Below are positions 47,567 to 56,283 of a stretch of 64,000 nt of DNA, one piece after another. Position 1 is the stretch's first letter. Every line of letters starts with the position of its first letter. Under the pieces are notes generated by a model that saw nothing but the letters and a program-made list of their open reading frames with translations, did not search any database and was not told the DNA's origin. The DNA is from an uncultured delta proteobacterium (GTDB lineage Bacteria > Desulfobacterota > Binatia > UBA9968): NCBI GenBank assembly GCA_963771465.1, contig CAVYTU010000018.1:32001-96000 (forward strand), written 5' to 3'. A program made the position numbers and the translations under genes.

Positions 47567-48340
47567 ATGAATATCGAGCGCGGCAAGAAATATTCGCCGC
47601 AAGAAGCCAAGGCGATCGTCGACGGACTTTATGCTAATGTCCGCGAGCGCTGGGAGGAGCGGGTCAATCAACAGCCGTTCATGCAGCAGTTGATGGGGGG
47701 GAAGTTACCGCTTCGGACCTTGCAGATTTTTTTTCGCAACTGGGGCGCCTATACCATCGAGATCAACACGCTGACCGCTTGCACCTATCATCGCAACATT
47801 ACTTTTTTGAAAGTGAACCGCGACCTCATGGGACCCATCGGCGAGAAGATCGCCGACGAGTTCATCCATCCCAAGCCGCCGGGCCATTTCCTGGTGATGA
47901 TGGAAACGGCAAAAGCGTTTGGCTTGAGCGAAGATGAAGTGTTCACTTCGTCGATGCTGTCGGAGTTCCGCGGCAAGATCGATTTCATGCGCGGCATCGT
48001 TTACGAGGGTAGCGCGGCCGAGTGGTATGCGGCGGTGACGACCGAGGAGCAAATCGGCCATTGGTCGGCGGCTTGTTACAAAGCGCTGACGACACACTAC
48101 GGCTTTGACCGCGCCAAGGCGACATACTTTGCAACTCACGTCGAAGCCGACCTCGAAGAGCATGAAGCAGGAGTGATGGGTCATGCCAGCTTCAACCGCA
48201 TGGCCTTGCAACGTTTGTTGGAAACCGGCATGGCCGATGAGCGGCCCACTTATGGCTTGGAATACTGCGCCATGACTTCGGTGGATTTGCACGGTGCGAT
48301 GCTGCGCTCGGCGTTGGAAGAGGCGGAGCGAGGGAATTAA
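47567..48340 (+). CDS. Heme-oxygenase-like (PqqC/CADD/TenA fold) iron-containing redox protein
   Basis: PF....GKL N-terminus, DEF-x6-H..A.AFGL, TTEE, YFATHVEAD...H metal-ligand pattern. Confidence 0.75.
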   Translation: MNIERGKKYSPQEAKAIVDGLYANVRERWEERVNQQPFMQQLMGGKLPLRTLQIFFRNWGAYTIEINTLTACTYHRNITFLKVNRDLMGPIGEKIADEFIHPKPPGHFLVMMETAKAFGLSEDEVFTSSMLSEFRGKIDFMRGIVYEGSAAEWYAAVTTEEQIGHWSAACYKALTTHYGFDRAKATYFATHVEADLEEHEAGVMGHASFNRMALQRLLETGMADERPTYGLEYCAMTSVDLHGAMLRSALEEAERGN

Positions 48341-48455
48341 GAGATTAACCACAAGGTTCGGACACGGAAATTTAACCGCAAAGCTTGTCCTGAGCAAATG
48401 TGAAGGAACTGGCATCGCGCAAAGAACGCAAAGCGAAAAAACTTCGGAGGTTTCC

Positions 48456-49382
48456 ATGATGGAACAAGTTAGAGGCGTGGTGCTGCCGAGTCCGACGGTG
48501 TTTCGCGAGGATGGCAGTGTCGATGAGACGTTGATGCGCGAGCTGACCGACTGGTTTGTCGCTTGCGGCGTGCATGCATTCTTTGTTCTCGGTTCTTACG
48601 GTCAGGGGCCGGCGCTCCATCCGGCGGAACGCAAGAAGGTTGCCGAAATTATCGTCCAGCAAGTGAAGCATCGGGTGCCTGTGGTCGTGCACATCGGCGC
48701 GGTGGATCCGTTTACGGCGATCGAACTCGGCAAACATGCCCAATCGATCGGCGCCGAAGCGGTCGGCCATGTCGGGCCTTATTACTACGCCGACCGTTCG
48801 GAGTATGAAATTATCGAGCATTTGAAGATGGTCGACCGCGCCCTCGGCATGCCGATGCTGATTTATAACAACCCGCGTTATTCCGGTTACAACATTCATC
48901 CGTCGTTCATGGCGAAATTGATCGAAGCGGTGCCGAATATTTTCGGCGCCAAGCTCGCCATGGGCAGTGTCGACGAAGCGATGGCTTATATGAAATTCGT
49001 CAAGGCGCCGTTCGCCCCTTACGCGCTGGCGAGCAATCTGGTCTCGGCCATGTCGGTGGGCGTCGCCGGCACGATCAGCCCGCCGCTGGCGGTGACGCCG
49101 GAGATCGGTGTCGCACTAGTTCGCGCCATCGATGCCGGCGACGCGGCGCGTGCATTGGCGCTGCAAAAAGACGTGATTCGTATCCACGATATATTTCTCC
49201 GTCTCGCCGGCCCGTTCGGCCGGACGATTTACTGTGAAGCGATGCGGCTGCGCGGCTTTGACGTGAAAATGTATCCGCGCTGGCCGTCCAAGCCGCTCAG
49301 CCGGGAAGCATATGATGAGCTGCACGATTTATTCACCGAGTTAAAAATTATCGGCACCCCGGCGCAGGCAAAGAGCGCGTGA
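48456..49382 (+). CDS. DapA/NAL-family class I aldolase
   Basis: PTVFREDG.VD, GSYGQG, YNNP, Schiff-base Lys in FGAKL. Confidence 0.9.
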   Translation: MMEQVRGVVLPSPTVFREDGSVDETLMRELTDWFVACGVHAFFVLGSYGQGPALHPAERKKVAEIIVQQVKHRVPVVVHIGAVDPFTAIELGKHAQSIGAEAVGHVGPYYYADRSEYEIIEHLKMVDRALGMPMLIYNNPRYSGYNIHPSFMAKLIEAVPNIFGAKLAMGSVDEAMAYMKFVKAPFAPYALASNLVSAMSVGVAGTISPPLAVTPEIGVALVRAIDAGDAARALALQKDVIRIHDIFLRLAGPFGRTIYCEAMRLRGFDVKMYPRWPSKPLSREAYDELHDLFTELKIIGTPAQAKSA

Positions 49383-49401
49383 TGCCAGAATTCGAAAAAC
49401 G

Positions 49402-50337
49402 ATGAAACAGTTGGTTTTTCTTACTCTGCTGCTGTTGAATCTCGCCACCGCCGACGCCGCACTTGCGCAAGAGCGCGTTCGCATGGCGTTGTCCGTGCGC
49501 AACGTGGTTTTCCTGCCGTTCTATTACGCGCGCGATCTCAAGATCTTCGACAGGCACGGCATGAATGTCGAGCTGATCCAGATGCGCAGCGACTTGCAGA
49601 TGGCCGGCTTGGTGTCGGGCGAGATCGATTACACGCCGGCAATCGGACCGGCGACTTATCCGGTGGCCAATGGCGCGCCGATCAAGGGCGTGGCGGTGCT
49701 TTACAAAGCGCCGCTGTTTTCTCTGGTGAGTTCGCCGAGCATTACCACTGCTAGGGAACTCGAAGGCAAGAAGGTTGCCGTGTCGCGCATTGGATCGGAT
49801 AGCCATCGCTTCGGTTCGCAGATGCTCGAACTCGGCGGCGCCGACCCCAAGAAGGTTACGTTCATTCAGACCGGCAACACCACCGTGAGTCTGACTTCGT
49901 TGCAACAAGGCGTGGTCAACGGCGCGGTGCTCAGTCCGCCGTTCACCGGCATCGTCGCCGAAAAGGGCTACCGAGTCCTGGTGCGCAGCCGGCAACTGAT
50001 CGATTCGCCTTGGCTGGGTTTAGTCGCGAACAAACATAAATTGGAAAAGCAGCCGGAGCAGGCACGCAACATGTTGCGCTCGATGCGCGATGTCATCGCC
50101 GCGATCCGGCGTGATAAACCGGCAGTGGTGAATTACATCGTCAAGAATTTCAATGTCAGCGTGGCCAACGCCACCGAGTCTTACGACGATATCGCCGGCG
50201 TGATCATCGATACGATGAGTATGCGCGATGAGCAGATGCAAAAGTATCTCGACGGCTTCCACCAACGCGGCGAGTTGCCCAAGCCGGTGAGCGCCAGCGA
50301 GATGTTCGACTTTTCGCTGCTGCGCAGCTTGAAATGA
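49402..50337 (+). CDS. NMT1/SsuA-type ABC substrate-binding protein
   Basis: Signal peptide, G..VELIQ, LVSGEID, LEGKKVAVSRIGS, FDFSLL. Confidence 0.9.
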   Translation: MKQLVFLTLLLLNLATADAALAQERVRMALSVRNVVFLPFYYARDLKIFDRHGMNVELIQMRSDLQMAGLVSGEIDYTPAIGPATYPVANGAPIKGVAVLYKAPLFSLVSSPSITTARELEGKKVAVSRIGSDSHRFGSQMLELGGADPKKVTFIQTGNTTVSLTSLQQGVVNGAVLSPPFTGIVAEKGYRVLVRSRQLIDSPWLGLVANKHKLEKQPEQARNMLRSMRDVIAAIRRDKPAVVNYIVKNFNVSVANATESYDDIAGVIIDTMSMRDEQMQKYLDGFHQRGELPKPVSASEMFDFSLLRSLK

Positions 50338-50391
50338 CCTCGACTCGGGCCACGCATTCTGAGATCGACACCAGTCAAGGAACCAGCACCA

Positions 50392-51861
50392 ATGGCCATC
50401 ACCACGCATGAACATGGCGGCCACGGCGATCACGGCCATGATCACGAAGGCGCGGTCGGGCCGCACACGCATCTGACCAGCGTCGGCATCGACATCGGTT
50501 CGTCGACCTCGCACCTGATGTTCTCTCAGCTGCTGATCGGCTATCCCTCGGTGCTGCAACGAAAGCCGATGGTGCTCGAACGCAACGTGATCGCGCGCTC
50601 GCCGATTCTACTGACGCCGTTTTCCGGTGATTGGAACATCGAAGCCGGACCGCTCATGCGATTGGTCGATGCGACGTTTGACGAAGCGGGCTTGACGCGG
50701 GCCGATATCGATACCGGCGCGGTGATTATCACCGGCGAGGCGGCGCGGCGCGATAACGCGGCGAAGATCGCCCAGCTGTTTGCCGACGAGAGCGGGAAAT
50801 TTGTCTGCGCCACGGCCGGGCCGACGTTGGAAACGATCATGGCGGCCCATGGTTCGGGCGCAGTGCAGCAGAGCCGCGAGCTGGGATTGACGTTGCTCAA
50901 TATCGACGTGGGCGGCGGCACGACCAAGATTAGCTTGATCCAGGAAGGCAAAATTCGCGGCACCACGGCGGTCAACATCGGCGCGCGCTTAGTGGCGTAT
51001 AACGGCGCTGGGGAAATGATCCGCTTGGAAAAAGGCGGGCGGCGCTTTCTCGCCGCACTCGGAGAGCATCTCGACTTTGGCGCCAAGGTGTCGCCAGCAT
51101 TGCGCGAAGCGCTCGCGAGCCGCATGGCTCATGCGCTGTTCCATGCGCTGACGACGGGGAAGCCGCCTTGGGATGATTTTTTCGTTTCTCCCAGACTGGC
51201 AACGTTGCCGAAGATCGACGGCATTCTTTTTTCCGGCGGCGTGTCGGAATATATTTACGCGCGCGAGCGCGATTCATTCGGCGATCTCGGGCCCTATCTT
51301 GGCCGGCAAATCAGACGCGAAGCGGAGCAGCGCGGCTTTACGATTCTCGAAGCGGGCGAAGGTATTCGAGCCACCGTGATCGGGGCGTCGCAATACACCG
51401 TACAGTTGAGCGGCGAAACCATCTTCGTGCCGCATAATTTACGACTGCCGGTGCGCAATCTCCGCGTCTTTGTGGTTCACGCGAGCTGGGAAGAGCCGGT
51501 GGCCGAGCGAGTCGAGCAGGCGGTGATGCAGATTCTCGGCGAGCGCGATCCTGAAGTGCGCGGCGCGCCATTTGCGCTGGCGTTTTCAACCCCGCCGTTC
51601 GTCGGTTACGGCGCAGTGCAAAACATGGCTCAGGGCATCGACCGCGCCTTTGCGCGCCTTGACCATGATGACCGGCCGGCGGCGTTGGTTTTTGGCCAAA
51701 ACGTCGGCCAAGTGGTCGGTGGCATGCTTTCGGCGAAATGGAGCATGCCTTGTATAGACGAGGTGATACTGTCGGAGTTGGACTTCATCGATATCGGCGA
51801 GGTGGTTCCGGAAGAAGGCTTTGTGCCGGTGGTGATCAAGAGTTTGGCGTTTGGAGTATGA
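50392..51861 (+). CDS. eutA: EutA-like reactivating-factor ATPase (ASKHA fold) with N-terminal His-rich tail
   Basis: SVGIDIGSSTSH, TGAVIITGE, FVCATAG..LE..AAHGSG, NIDVGGGT, FSGGVSE, GIRATVIGA, LDFIDIG..VPVVIKSL. Confidence 0.88.
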   Translation: MAITTHEHGGHGDHGHDHEGAVGPHTHLTSVGIDIGSSTSHLMFSQLLIGYPSVLQRKPMVLERNVIARSPILLTPFSGDWNIEAGPLMRLVDATFDEAGLTRADIDTGAVIITGEAARRDNAAKIAQLFADESGKFVCATAGPTLETIMAAHGSGAVQQSRELGLTLLNIDVGGGTTKISLIQEGKIRGTTAVNIGARLVAYNGAGEMIRLEKGGRRFLAALGEHLDFGAKVSPALREALASRMAHALFHALTTGKPPWDDFFVSPRLATLPKIDGILFSGGVSEYIYARERDSFGDLGPYLGRQIRREAEQRGFTILEAGEGIRATVIGASQYTVQLSGETIFVPHNLRLPVRNLRVFVVHASWEEPVAERVEQAVMQILGERDPEVRGAPFALAFSTPPFVGYGAVQNMAQGIDRAFARLDHDDRPAALVFGQNVGQVVGGMLSAKWSMPCIDEVILSELDFIDIGEVVPEEGFVPVVIKSLAFGV

Positions 51862-51877
51862 CCGAGAAGGAGGACCT

Positions 51878-52585
51878 ATGGATTTAGTCAAAGATCTTTG
51901 TGCGACGTTGGATAAGATGGTGAACGATCAGTTCGAGAGCGTCGAGTTCAAGAACTTTCTCGCCGTGCCGCTCACCATGGAACGCGGCCGTTTTTATGTC
52001 GTGCAGAACGCGCTTTATACGAGCAACCGGCGTGACTGTTGGGGCTATGTTCAAGGCGGCGCGCCGTTGGAGGTGAAGCGGGTCATTTGGGCGCACGAAA
52101 GCGACGAATTGATCAATGATCCGCGCGCCGGGATGGATCATTACGCATTGACGGTGAAGCAGGGCGAAGTGATTGGACTCAAGCCCGAAGATTTCGAGAA
52201 AGCTGAAGTTCCAGCCATGGTGCAGGCATGCTTCCACGCGTGGCATCACATCGCCATGCGCAATCATTGGCTGTCGGCCTATACGGCGTCGCATATGCTC
52301 GAGCGGCGTAACAACGGCAAGATCGTCAAAGGCGGCGGCATGTCGTACCGGGTCGGTAAAAAATTTGAGAACGAGCTCGGCATTAACTTAAAGCGCATGA
52401 TCTCGCTGGACGTGCACGTCGTCGCCGACATGGACCATTCGGAGAATATTTCCGAGATGTTCGAGCGCTATGTCAAAACGCCCGAAGACTGCGAGCGGGT
52501 ACTTCTCGGCGCGCGCGATTCGATGGCCATCGACCGCGCCTACCGCGGCGCGCTGGGCTATTATATGGAGCAGATATCGGGTTGA
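51878..52585 (+). CDS. Heme-oxygenase-like (CADD/PqqC fold) iron-containing redox protein
   Basis: DEL-x8-H, LER, H-x3-D-x2-H (HVVADMDH); AGGAGG-like RBS before ATG 51878. Confidence 0.75.
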   Translation: MDLVKDLCATLDKMVNDQFESVEFKNFLAVPLTMERGRFYVVQNALYTSNRRDCWGYVQGGAPLEVKRVIWAHESDELINDPRAGMDHYALTVKQGEVIGLKPEDFEKAEVPAMVQACFHAWHHIAMRNHWLSAYTASHMLERRNNGKIVKGGGMSYRVGKKFENELGINLKRMISLDVHVVADMDHSENISEMFERYVKTPEDCERVLLGARDSMAIDRAYRGALGYYMEQISG

Positions 52586-52803
52586 CCAAGGTGATTGCAC
52601 TGCGGCAGCATTAATTGGGTTTCCAAAGGAGCGAGCACCCCTTTGCGATAGTTTAATCAGCGGCGGGGTTAAAACCGCGCCGTGGTCCTTCGTCCCGCGG
52701 AATTAACTTGTCGAGTCGCCCACCCTGGATCGGATTACTGCTCGACTAATCGGCGCTCATTATGCTATAAAGCGGAAACTCGAAAATTTTCTACTATCGG
52801 CGA

Positions 52804-53190
52804 ATGACCCGGCGAAAACCTTCAAAACAAGCAAATTTGCCTGCGGAAGCGGGCATGACGCTGTTAGAATTACTCGTCGTCGTAGCGGTGGTAGGGATTC
52901 TCGCCTCGATCGCGATTCAACAGGTTTCACTTTATCGGGCGCGGGCGTTCGATGCTTCGATGCGCTCCGATCTCAAGAACGCGGCGCTAGCGATGGAAAG
53001 TTACTACGGAGAATTCCTCGAATATCCGAACACGCAAGCCGCGATCCTGTTAGTCGGCTACCGAAATACCAGCGGCGTTTCGCTGACCATCAACGTCACT
53101 TCTCCATCAACCTTTACTCTGACAGCAGCGCGCCCGAACGGCAGCCAGTTGAGTTTTACCTACGACAGTACGACAGGTCTGATTAACTGA
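52804..53190 (+). CDS. Type IV pilin-like protein
   Basis: Prepilin cleavage G|MTLLE plus hydrophobic helix, SDLKNA..ESYY..YP. Confidence 0.88.
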   Translation: MTRRKPSKQANLPAEAGMTLLELLVVVAVVGILASIAIQQVSLYRARAFDASMRSDLKNAALAMESYYGEFLEYPNTQAAILLVGYRNTSGVSLTINVTSPSTFTLTAARPNGSQLSFTYDSTTGLIN

Positions 53191-53209
53191 ATACGCGCCT
53201 TTCGCTTCG

Positions 53210-53632
53210 ATGATAATCGAAATCGCTTCGCCCGTCCCGGCGAATTCACTGAATCTAACTTCTCGCCGTTGGCGGCGGACAATCGCGGCTCGCGGTTACT
53301 CACTTATCGAGCTGCTGGTTGTGATCGCGATTATCTCGATTCTAGCTGCGGTGGCGGTGCCGCAGTTTATTGCTTATAAGGCGAGATCAATGGACGCTGT
53401 AATGCATTCGGATTTAAAGAATGCGGCCCTTGCCGCGGAATCATACTATGCCCTTTACCATTATTATCCCTCTTCCGTTGCTGTGCTGACCGCTTCGGGG
53501 TACGTGTCCAGTCCTGGGGTTGGAGTGACGATTACTATACTAACACCAACCTCATACACGGTTACCGCGTTGGCTTCTGGCGGCACCCAACCAAGTTTTA
53601 CTCTGGATAGTGTGACCGGAGTGATCAATTAG
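53210..53632 (+). CDS. Type IV pilin-like protein (tandem paralog)
   Basis: G|YSLIELLVVIAII.ILAA.A.PQF.AY, SDLKNA..ESYY..YP. Confidence 0.9.
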   Translation: MIIEIASPVPANSLNLTSRRWRRTIAARGYSLIELLVVIAIISILAAVAVPQFIAYKARSMDAVMHSDLKNAALAAESYYALYHYYPSSVAVLTASGYVSSPGVGVTITILTPTSYTVTALASGGTQPSFTLDSVTGVIN

Positions 53633-53668
53633 TGTGTAAGTCTGTTCCGTCTGCGCGCTGGCGCGTCC

Positions 53669-54400
53669 CTACTTCGCCGTGCGTAGAAAGTAAGTCTGAC
53701 CGGTGACGTATTTCGCCGCGTCGGAGAGCAGGTAACGGACCAGGCCGACGATCTCGAACTTGTGCGTGAGGCCGTCCATTAGCGGTGGGATTTCTTCCCG
53801 TTTCTTGAATTGATCCGGCGTGAAACCGATGCGCGACATCGGCGTATCGGTGGCGCCGGGGCAAACACAGTTGACCGTGATGTTGTTCGGTGCCAACTCC
53901 ATGGCGAGCGATTTCGTGAAGGCGATGACGCCGGCTTTTGACGCCGCGTAGTGCGCCGAGCGCGCCTGGCCGACAACGCCGCGGCCCGAGGCGATACTGA
54001 GAATTCTCCCTTCGTTGCGTGGCAGCATGTGCTTGGCCGCGGCTTGAGCGCAGAGAAACACGCCTTTCAAATTGATGCGCATCAAACGATCCCACATTTC
54101 CTCCGGCATCTCGACGACCGCCATGCGGTCCATCACGCCCGCGCCGCAAAAAACATAATCGACATGAGCATACTTGGCGACTGCATGGTCCATCATTGCC
54201 GCGACACTTTTGGGATCGCCGACATCGACTTGTACAGCGATGGCGCTGCCTTTATTGGTGTTGATCTCCGCGGCAACTTTTTCCGCGGCGTCCTTGGCGA
54301 AATCCGCAACCACCACGTTCAATCCGTCGGCGGCCATGCCGCGGCAGATTTCCGAGCCGATGCCGCCGGCGCCGCCGGTGACGAGAATCGTTTTGCTCAT
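53669..54400 (-). CDS. Short-chain dehydrogenase/reductase
   Basis: TGGAGGIG, YAASK, VCPGATDT, YVTGQ. Confidence 0.93.
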   Translation of the reverse strand: MSKTILVTGGAGGIGSEICRGMAADGLNVVVADFAKDAAEKVAAEINTNKGSAIAVQVDVGDPKSVAAMMDHAVAKYAHVDYVFCGAGVMDRMAVVEMPEEMWDRLMRINLKGVFLCAQAAAKHMLPRNEGRILSIASGRGVVGQARSAHYAASKAGVIAFTKSLAMELAPNNITVNCVCPGATDTPMSRIGFTPDQFKKREEIPPLMDGLTHKFEIVGLVRYLLSDAAKYVTGQTYFLRTAK

Positions 54401-54486
54401 ATCGCTTGCGCTCCAATCAAATATTTGTGCCGACGCTATCACTGGCGATTATCGCCGGTCAACTTGTACCACCTATAGAAGGCTCC

Positions 54487-54790
54487 ATGGATTACGATCT
54501 GAACGTCATCGGCGGCCGCACCGCGGGCATCAATGCGGCTAAGGCGGCGAATAAGCGTGCCATCGTCGAGCAAGAGAATTTTGCCGGCACCTGCTGCGCG
54601 CCAGAAGGGTCTCTTCACTGCTGGAACTATTGTGCCGAGAAGTTCGTTATCGCCACAGGTTGCAAGCCAGCGCGGCCGGCGCCCCGGCGTGGAGTTGGGC
54701 AAGGCCAGCGATGCATTGATTCACTTGAAAGAGCCACCAAAGCGTCTGGTTGTTGTCGGCGGAGCGATTTTCGACAGCCTGGCGAGTTGA
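54487..54790 (+). pseudogene. Decayed pyridine-nucleotide-disulfide oxidoreductase (Lpd/MerA/Gor family)
   Basis: MDYDL.VIGG..AG..AA, VE....GTC, A.KFVIATG..P, then in another frame SD....LKEPPKRLVVVGG; the segments between these motifs are deleted. Confidence 0.75.
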
Positions 54791-54815
54791 CCAAAAAAGG
54801 ATTAAACCGGGCAAC

Positions 54816-56141
54816 GTGAAGCATAGCGACGAGCGCGACAAAACAATTTATCCCGCACTCATCTTGGGGCTGACGACCGCCGCGTTGATTATTGCCAAGA
54901 CCGGGCGCGACGCGTTATTTTTCCAGGGCAAAGGGATCTTTCAACTGCCGGTGGCGACGATGACGATCGCCGCCGCGTCATTGCCGTTGGCGATCCTGTT
55001 CGTCAAGGTCATGAAGACTTGGGGCGCGCGACCGGCCCGGATTGCGATCATGCTGTTTGCCGCCGGGGTGCTGACGCTCACGGCGCCGTTTCTCCAAGCC
55101 GGCGATTCCACCTTGTTGTTTAATGTCTTCATCTTCATTCCCGCTGTTTTCGGCATCATGTTCGCGAGCCTGTGGTTGCTCGCCAGCGATATCTTCGATA
55201 AAACAGCCAAGCCTGATGCGGCGCGCGCTTTTAGCAAGATCGGCGCAAGCTCGCTCGCCGGCGGCATGGCCGGCGGCTTTATTGCCAAGGGACTTGTGCC
55301 GCTAGTCGAACCGAAATGGCTGATTTTCACCGGCGCGCTGATGATTCTCGCGGTGGTCGGCTTGGTCGTGCAAGCGCACAGGAGGTTTCCTACCAACATC
55401 GCGCCCAAGCGGGATCGCGACAACAAAAAGAGCGGTTACTTCGCGCCGCTATCGAAACCCTATACCGTTACGCTCCTTTTCATTGCCATGACCGGCGCTC
55501 TCGCCGGGTTGCTGATCGACGTGCAGTTCTACATTTCCGCCACCGGCGCAAGCATGGGATCGAAAGGCAACGCAAACTTCTTCGCCAATTTTTACATCAT
55601 GCTCAATTTCAGCTCTTTGCTGTTGCAGCTCTTTGCTACGCCAAAGATTCAAGACAAGATCGGCGTCGGCGGTGGACTAATGGTCTTGCCATTCGCGCTG
55701 ATCGGCGGCGCGGGCTTCGCCAGCGCGGCGGCGACGGCGTTCAGTTTGGCGGTGCTGCGCGTGACCGAGGGCGGCCTGCGCTCCTCGGTGCACCGTTCGA
55801 TCTGGGAGCAAGCGTTTATCCCAGTCGATTCGAGCGAGCGCTCCCTAGTAAAAATCGCCGTCGACGGCGTCGGCGCGCGCATCGCGGAGGGCATCGGCGC
55901 CTTCGCGCTTTACATCTGGGTGCAACGAGTCGCGCCCGGCGGCGTAGTCAGCGCGCCGCTCAACACCGTTTGGATGGCTTGGCTCACCTTAGCAACCGTG
56001 ATTGTTTGGCTTTACATCACGCAACGGCTGCGTGCTCAGACGGAACCGGCAAAAGCGCGAGCGGCCGCGACCGAACTAGAATGCCAACGATTCCCCGATC
56101 AATGCCCGTGCACGACCGAACTGGGTAAAGGCATCGCGTAA
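54816..56141 (+). CDS. NTT/TLC (ATP/ADP translocase-like) MFS transporter
   Basis: AKTGRDALF, WLLASDIF...A.RAF..IG, many TMs, R.S....EQAFIPV...R..K..VD; GTG start inferred. Confidence 0.78.
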   Translation: MKHSDERDKTIYPALILGLTTAALIIAKTGRDALFFQGKGIFQLPVATMTIAAASLPLAILFVKVMKTWGARPARIAIMLFAAGVLTLTAPFLQAGDSTLLFNVFIFIPAVFGIMFASLWLLASDIFDKTAKPDAARAFSKIGASSLAGGMAGGFIAKGLVPLVEPKWLIFTGALMILAVVGLVVQAHRRFPTNIAPKRDRDNKKSGYFAPLSKPYTVTLLFIAMTGALAGLLIDVQFYISATGASMGSKGNANFFANFYIMLNFSSLLLQLFATPKIQDKIGVGGGLMVLPFALIGGAGFASAAATAFSLAVLRVTEGGLRSSVHRSIWEQAFIPVDSSERSLVKIAVDGVGARIAEGIGAFALYIWVQRVAPGGVVSAPLNTVWMAWLTLATVIVWLYITQRLRAQTEPAKARAAATELECQRFPDQCPCTTELGKGIA

Positions 56142-56283
56142 AAAGTCTTGCTCACCGCGAAGGCACGGAGTGGAAGATTTGGAAAATTAAGAGTCCCACC
56201 TTCATGTCCTTCGTGGTAAGATTCCTCTTCGCGCCCCGCGCTGTCATTTGACAATTGCCCGCGTCTACCCGTAACTTCGCGCC

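Noticed and set aside
50392-51861. Ethanolamine utilisation locus
   Set aside because: No eutB/eutC, microcompartment or aldehyde dehydrogenase genes in the window
47567-52585. PQQ biosynthesis operon
   Set aside because: No pqqA/B/D/E; the similarity is at fold level only
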